A stretch of 63,217 nt of DNA, the filler included, from Trichodelitschia bisporula (lineage: Eukaryota): NCBI GenBank assembly GCA_010356995.1. It is 13 parts of 11 records of this genome, joined end to end, with 100 filler letters (N's around TTAATTAATTAA, not from the genome) between each part and the next. Parts side by side here need not be neighbours in the genome. Positions count along the whole stretch, not along the records: positions 60,521 to 61,794 come from ML996710.1; positions 61,895 to 63,217 come from ML996711.1; 11 more parts are not named here. One strand, 5' to 3'. A model generated the notes under the pieces. The model was given only the letters and a program-made list of their open reading frames with translations, was not told the DNA's origin and ran no database searches. Shown piece after piece: positions 61,160-63,217 of this stretch; within the stretch, counting starts at the first letter, position 1, and each line of letters begins with the position of its first letter. The translations under genes and the position numbers were made by a program.

Positions 61160-61703
61160 CCGCTCGCCGGTTTCAAACCGTTGCAAGCGTCAGACAGCGA
61201 ACTCGTCCGCGCGGGCTTCCCCCGCCGCCCTGCGGCGACCCAACCTCAGCTCCTTAATCAATGGGAAATGGCGCTCTATCCCACCCTAGCGCCAACATTC
61301 CGATCTACCGCCCGATCAAAACGCCCCGCAACTCGCTGCTGCGCCAGCTCCAGGCCGGGACCGCCAGCACTAACAGCACCAGCTCCCACTGGTCCGGTGT
61401 GGCGCTATTCGGGCTTGGCGCGGACGAGACGTACAACACGGTCCATGGGTCGTTGTTGGAAAGCGGTGGCTGTGTTCAGCCTTACCCAGGTTCAGCCACA
61501 GAGCTCGAGTACAAGTAGACTCGGGATCCCTATCTCTTTGACAATCAAGCAACTTGTTCATGGACAGACCCTCGGTCCAACTTATGATGCTGTGATGTCT
61601 TCATTGATCACTCATCCCCTTTCAACAGTCGTAGACCGTGCTTAGAGCCAACCCGCCCGATTCCGCGAAAAAGGCGATTGGTTGGAAGGACGGGACTTAC
61701 ATC
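61160..61703 (+). pseudogene. Probable glutamic peptidase (family G1/A4, eqolisin-like) relic
   Basis: GFKPLQASDSELVRAGFPRRP...NQWEMAL propeptide-like segment, frameshift, then TSSHWSGVAL...YNTVHGS*TV across the LTR (cf. SSNWAGAVL...VTGxFTVP). Confidence 0.5.
61454..61627 (+). mobile_element. Intact solo LTR-A (174 bp), TSD GTCGT
   Basis: GTCGT-TGTTGGAAAG...TTTCAACA-GTCGT. Confidence 0.95.
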
Positions 61704-61794
61704 TGTTGAATTTGTGGTGGCAACCTGGGGTGGCTGGAGTGGAGCCAGGAGACAGGGGTCGTCTCCCGGCGATGTATATAGTCAGCTCACTTCC
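61704..61794. mobile_element. LTR family B copy, truncated by spacer
   Basis: Matches the reverse complement of 34547-34637. Confidence 0.88.
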
Positions 61795-63217
61795 NNNNNN
61801 NNNNNNNNNNNNNNNNNNNNNNNNNNNNNNNNNNNNNNTTAATTAATTAANNNNNNNNNNNNNNNNNNNNNNNNNNNNNNNNNNNNNNNNNNNNACGGTC
61901 AGCAATCATCGCATCTTGTCCATATCAAGTAGGTCCACTTACCTCCTACATCGGCACTCAAGATTAGCTAGTCAGCCTGACCTGAATTATCTTTATGCAT
62001 ACCCACTAAATTTGCATTACATCTGGGACTTCATCTTCGACTTGCGCTTCATACGTACTGTGAAACTTCCATGTGGGCCTTTATCAATATAAAGGCGATC
62101 CCGGAGTACCTTCAACCTTTCTTTCAAAATATTGGGCATCCTAGTACCGTTTCAGAAATCGAACTATGTTACGTCATAAGGCTACGAATTTGAGCGTTGG
62201 GAGGACGCGCGGTAGGGGACGGCACTGGGGCTCTATTTGACTTAGCCGGGAACGACGCCAAGATAGGCACAGCTGAACACTTCAATTCTTTTGAGCGAGG
62301 TGCAGCGGAGGGACAAGGTATCCTGGTAGAGCAACCTGTTAGCAACACCTGCGCGGAGGCTATGTCCTCAGGCTGGGGCTTATAACGGGCTAGCCCTTTA
62401 GAGCTGAAGCGCAAGCGGCCAGCCACTCTACGTGTCATACCTGAAAGCTTCCTTTCAGAAACGCTATTTAACCTCTTTTACGTCCCAAAGCGGATGCAGC
62501 CTGCGTCTAGCTTCACCTCATAACAGTCAAAAAATCTGATAAACTTATCATCCTATCTAGATGGTATTCATAATTAAGATTGCGAGTAGATTCAGACGAA
62601 GACTGCGAGTAACGACGGCGCCTAGTAGCCGTTCGACCCCCCTTACAGCCCGCGTGAAGTTCCTCTTAGCTCCTAAGTGTACTACCCGTGGATTTGCTCA
62701 GTTTATAAACCAGTGTAAGGCGTTGAACGTCACGATCGCAGCACGGCTGCTCTGTATTCGGGCTAGCCGAAAAAGTCTTAGGCTGCCCCCTGGACCGAAT
62801 TTACGGAGAGTGGGGGGCATAACTTTCGGCCTGCCGTAAGACTTACACGCCGCGAGGCAGCGCGAACCGCAAACCGCAATCATTAGACTCCGAATAAGCG
62901 ACTTAAATATTAACAGCCCTCTCCCTCTCTCCATACCTGTCGTGGGAGACCAATGCCGGGCCTTAACCTCATTGGCTCCCCACGATCTTCCCCCGCGGCT
63001 GCTGCCACGTCACGCCAGCCTTCCCGCACCCCGCCATGCCTTAAGCAGACGGCAGCGCGATCTGCTCAAAAGTCTGGCGGCTCGCCCTTCAGATAGATCT
63101 TTGTGGAAGTAACTTGTTCATGCCTGCATCATACCCATCGTGACTTCCACACTTTTGCACGCCCCTGACACGTTACTTCCACCAACTGCCTGTGGTTGGA
63201 ACCCGGAAAGTCCCCCA

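Noticed and set aside
19058..61850. Recurrent palindromic TTAATTAATTAA as a biological motif or piggyBac-type TTAA site
   Set aside because: Always centred in fixed 44-N flanks; an artificial six-frame-stop contig linker
61895..63217. Possible degenerate multi-exon minus-strand gene (splice-like signals near 61935-62005)
   Set aside because: Many stops and no recognisable family; cannot support a call

Overview
GC-rich filamentous-ascomycete genomic window with short GT-AG introns and CTRAC branch sites. It is built from contigs joined by twelve artificial N44-TTAATTAATTAA-N44 spacers, plus one plain N gap at 17776-17959, so adjacency across spacers is unproven. 1.4-17.8 kb is a core gene block: EthA-like Baeyer-Villiger monooxygenase, Kelch-like membrane protein, EAF7, SEC62, RPL12 and O-GlcNAc transferase. 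It is bracketed by an inverted non-coding duplication. The rest is mostly accessory and TE-riddled. The main finding is a derelict DUF3435 tyrosine-recombinase 'Captain' (Starship marker) at ~33.5-36.1 kb. It is fragmented across several short ORFs by stops, frameshifts and three different solo LTRs, each with a perfect 5-bp TSD. Around it are many non-self-recognition/cell-death parts: two NACHT-WD40 NLRs, an NB-ARC-TPR NLR, two PNP_UDP domains, a HET domain, an Mx/dynamin-like GTPase and a TPR-WD40-unknown-domain chimera. There is also a divergent OGT pseudo-copy, and a 174-bp Copia LTR family that sits in or beside several of these genes and marks an inversion and apparent ectopic exchanges. 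All family assignments come from motif recognition by eye, not database searches.
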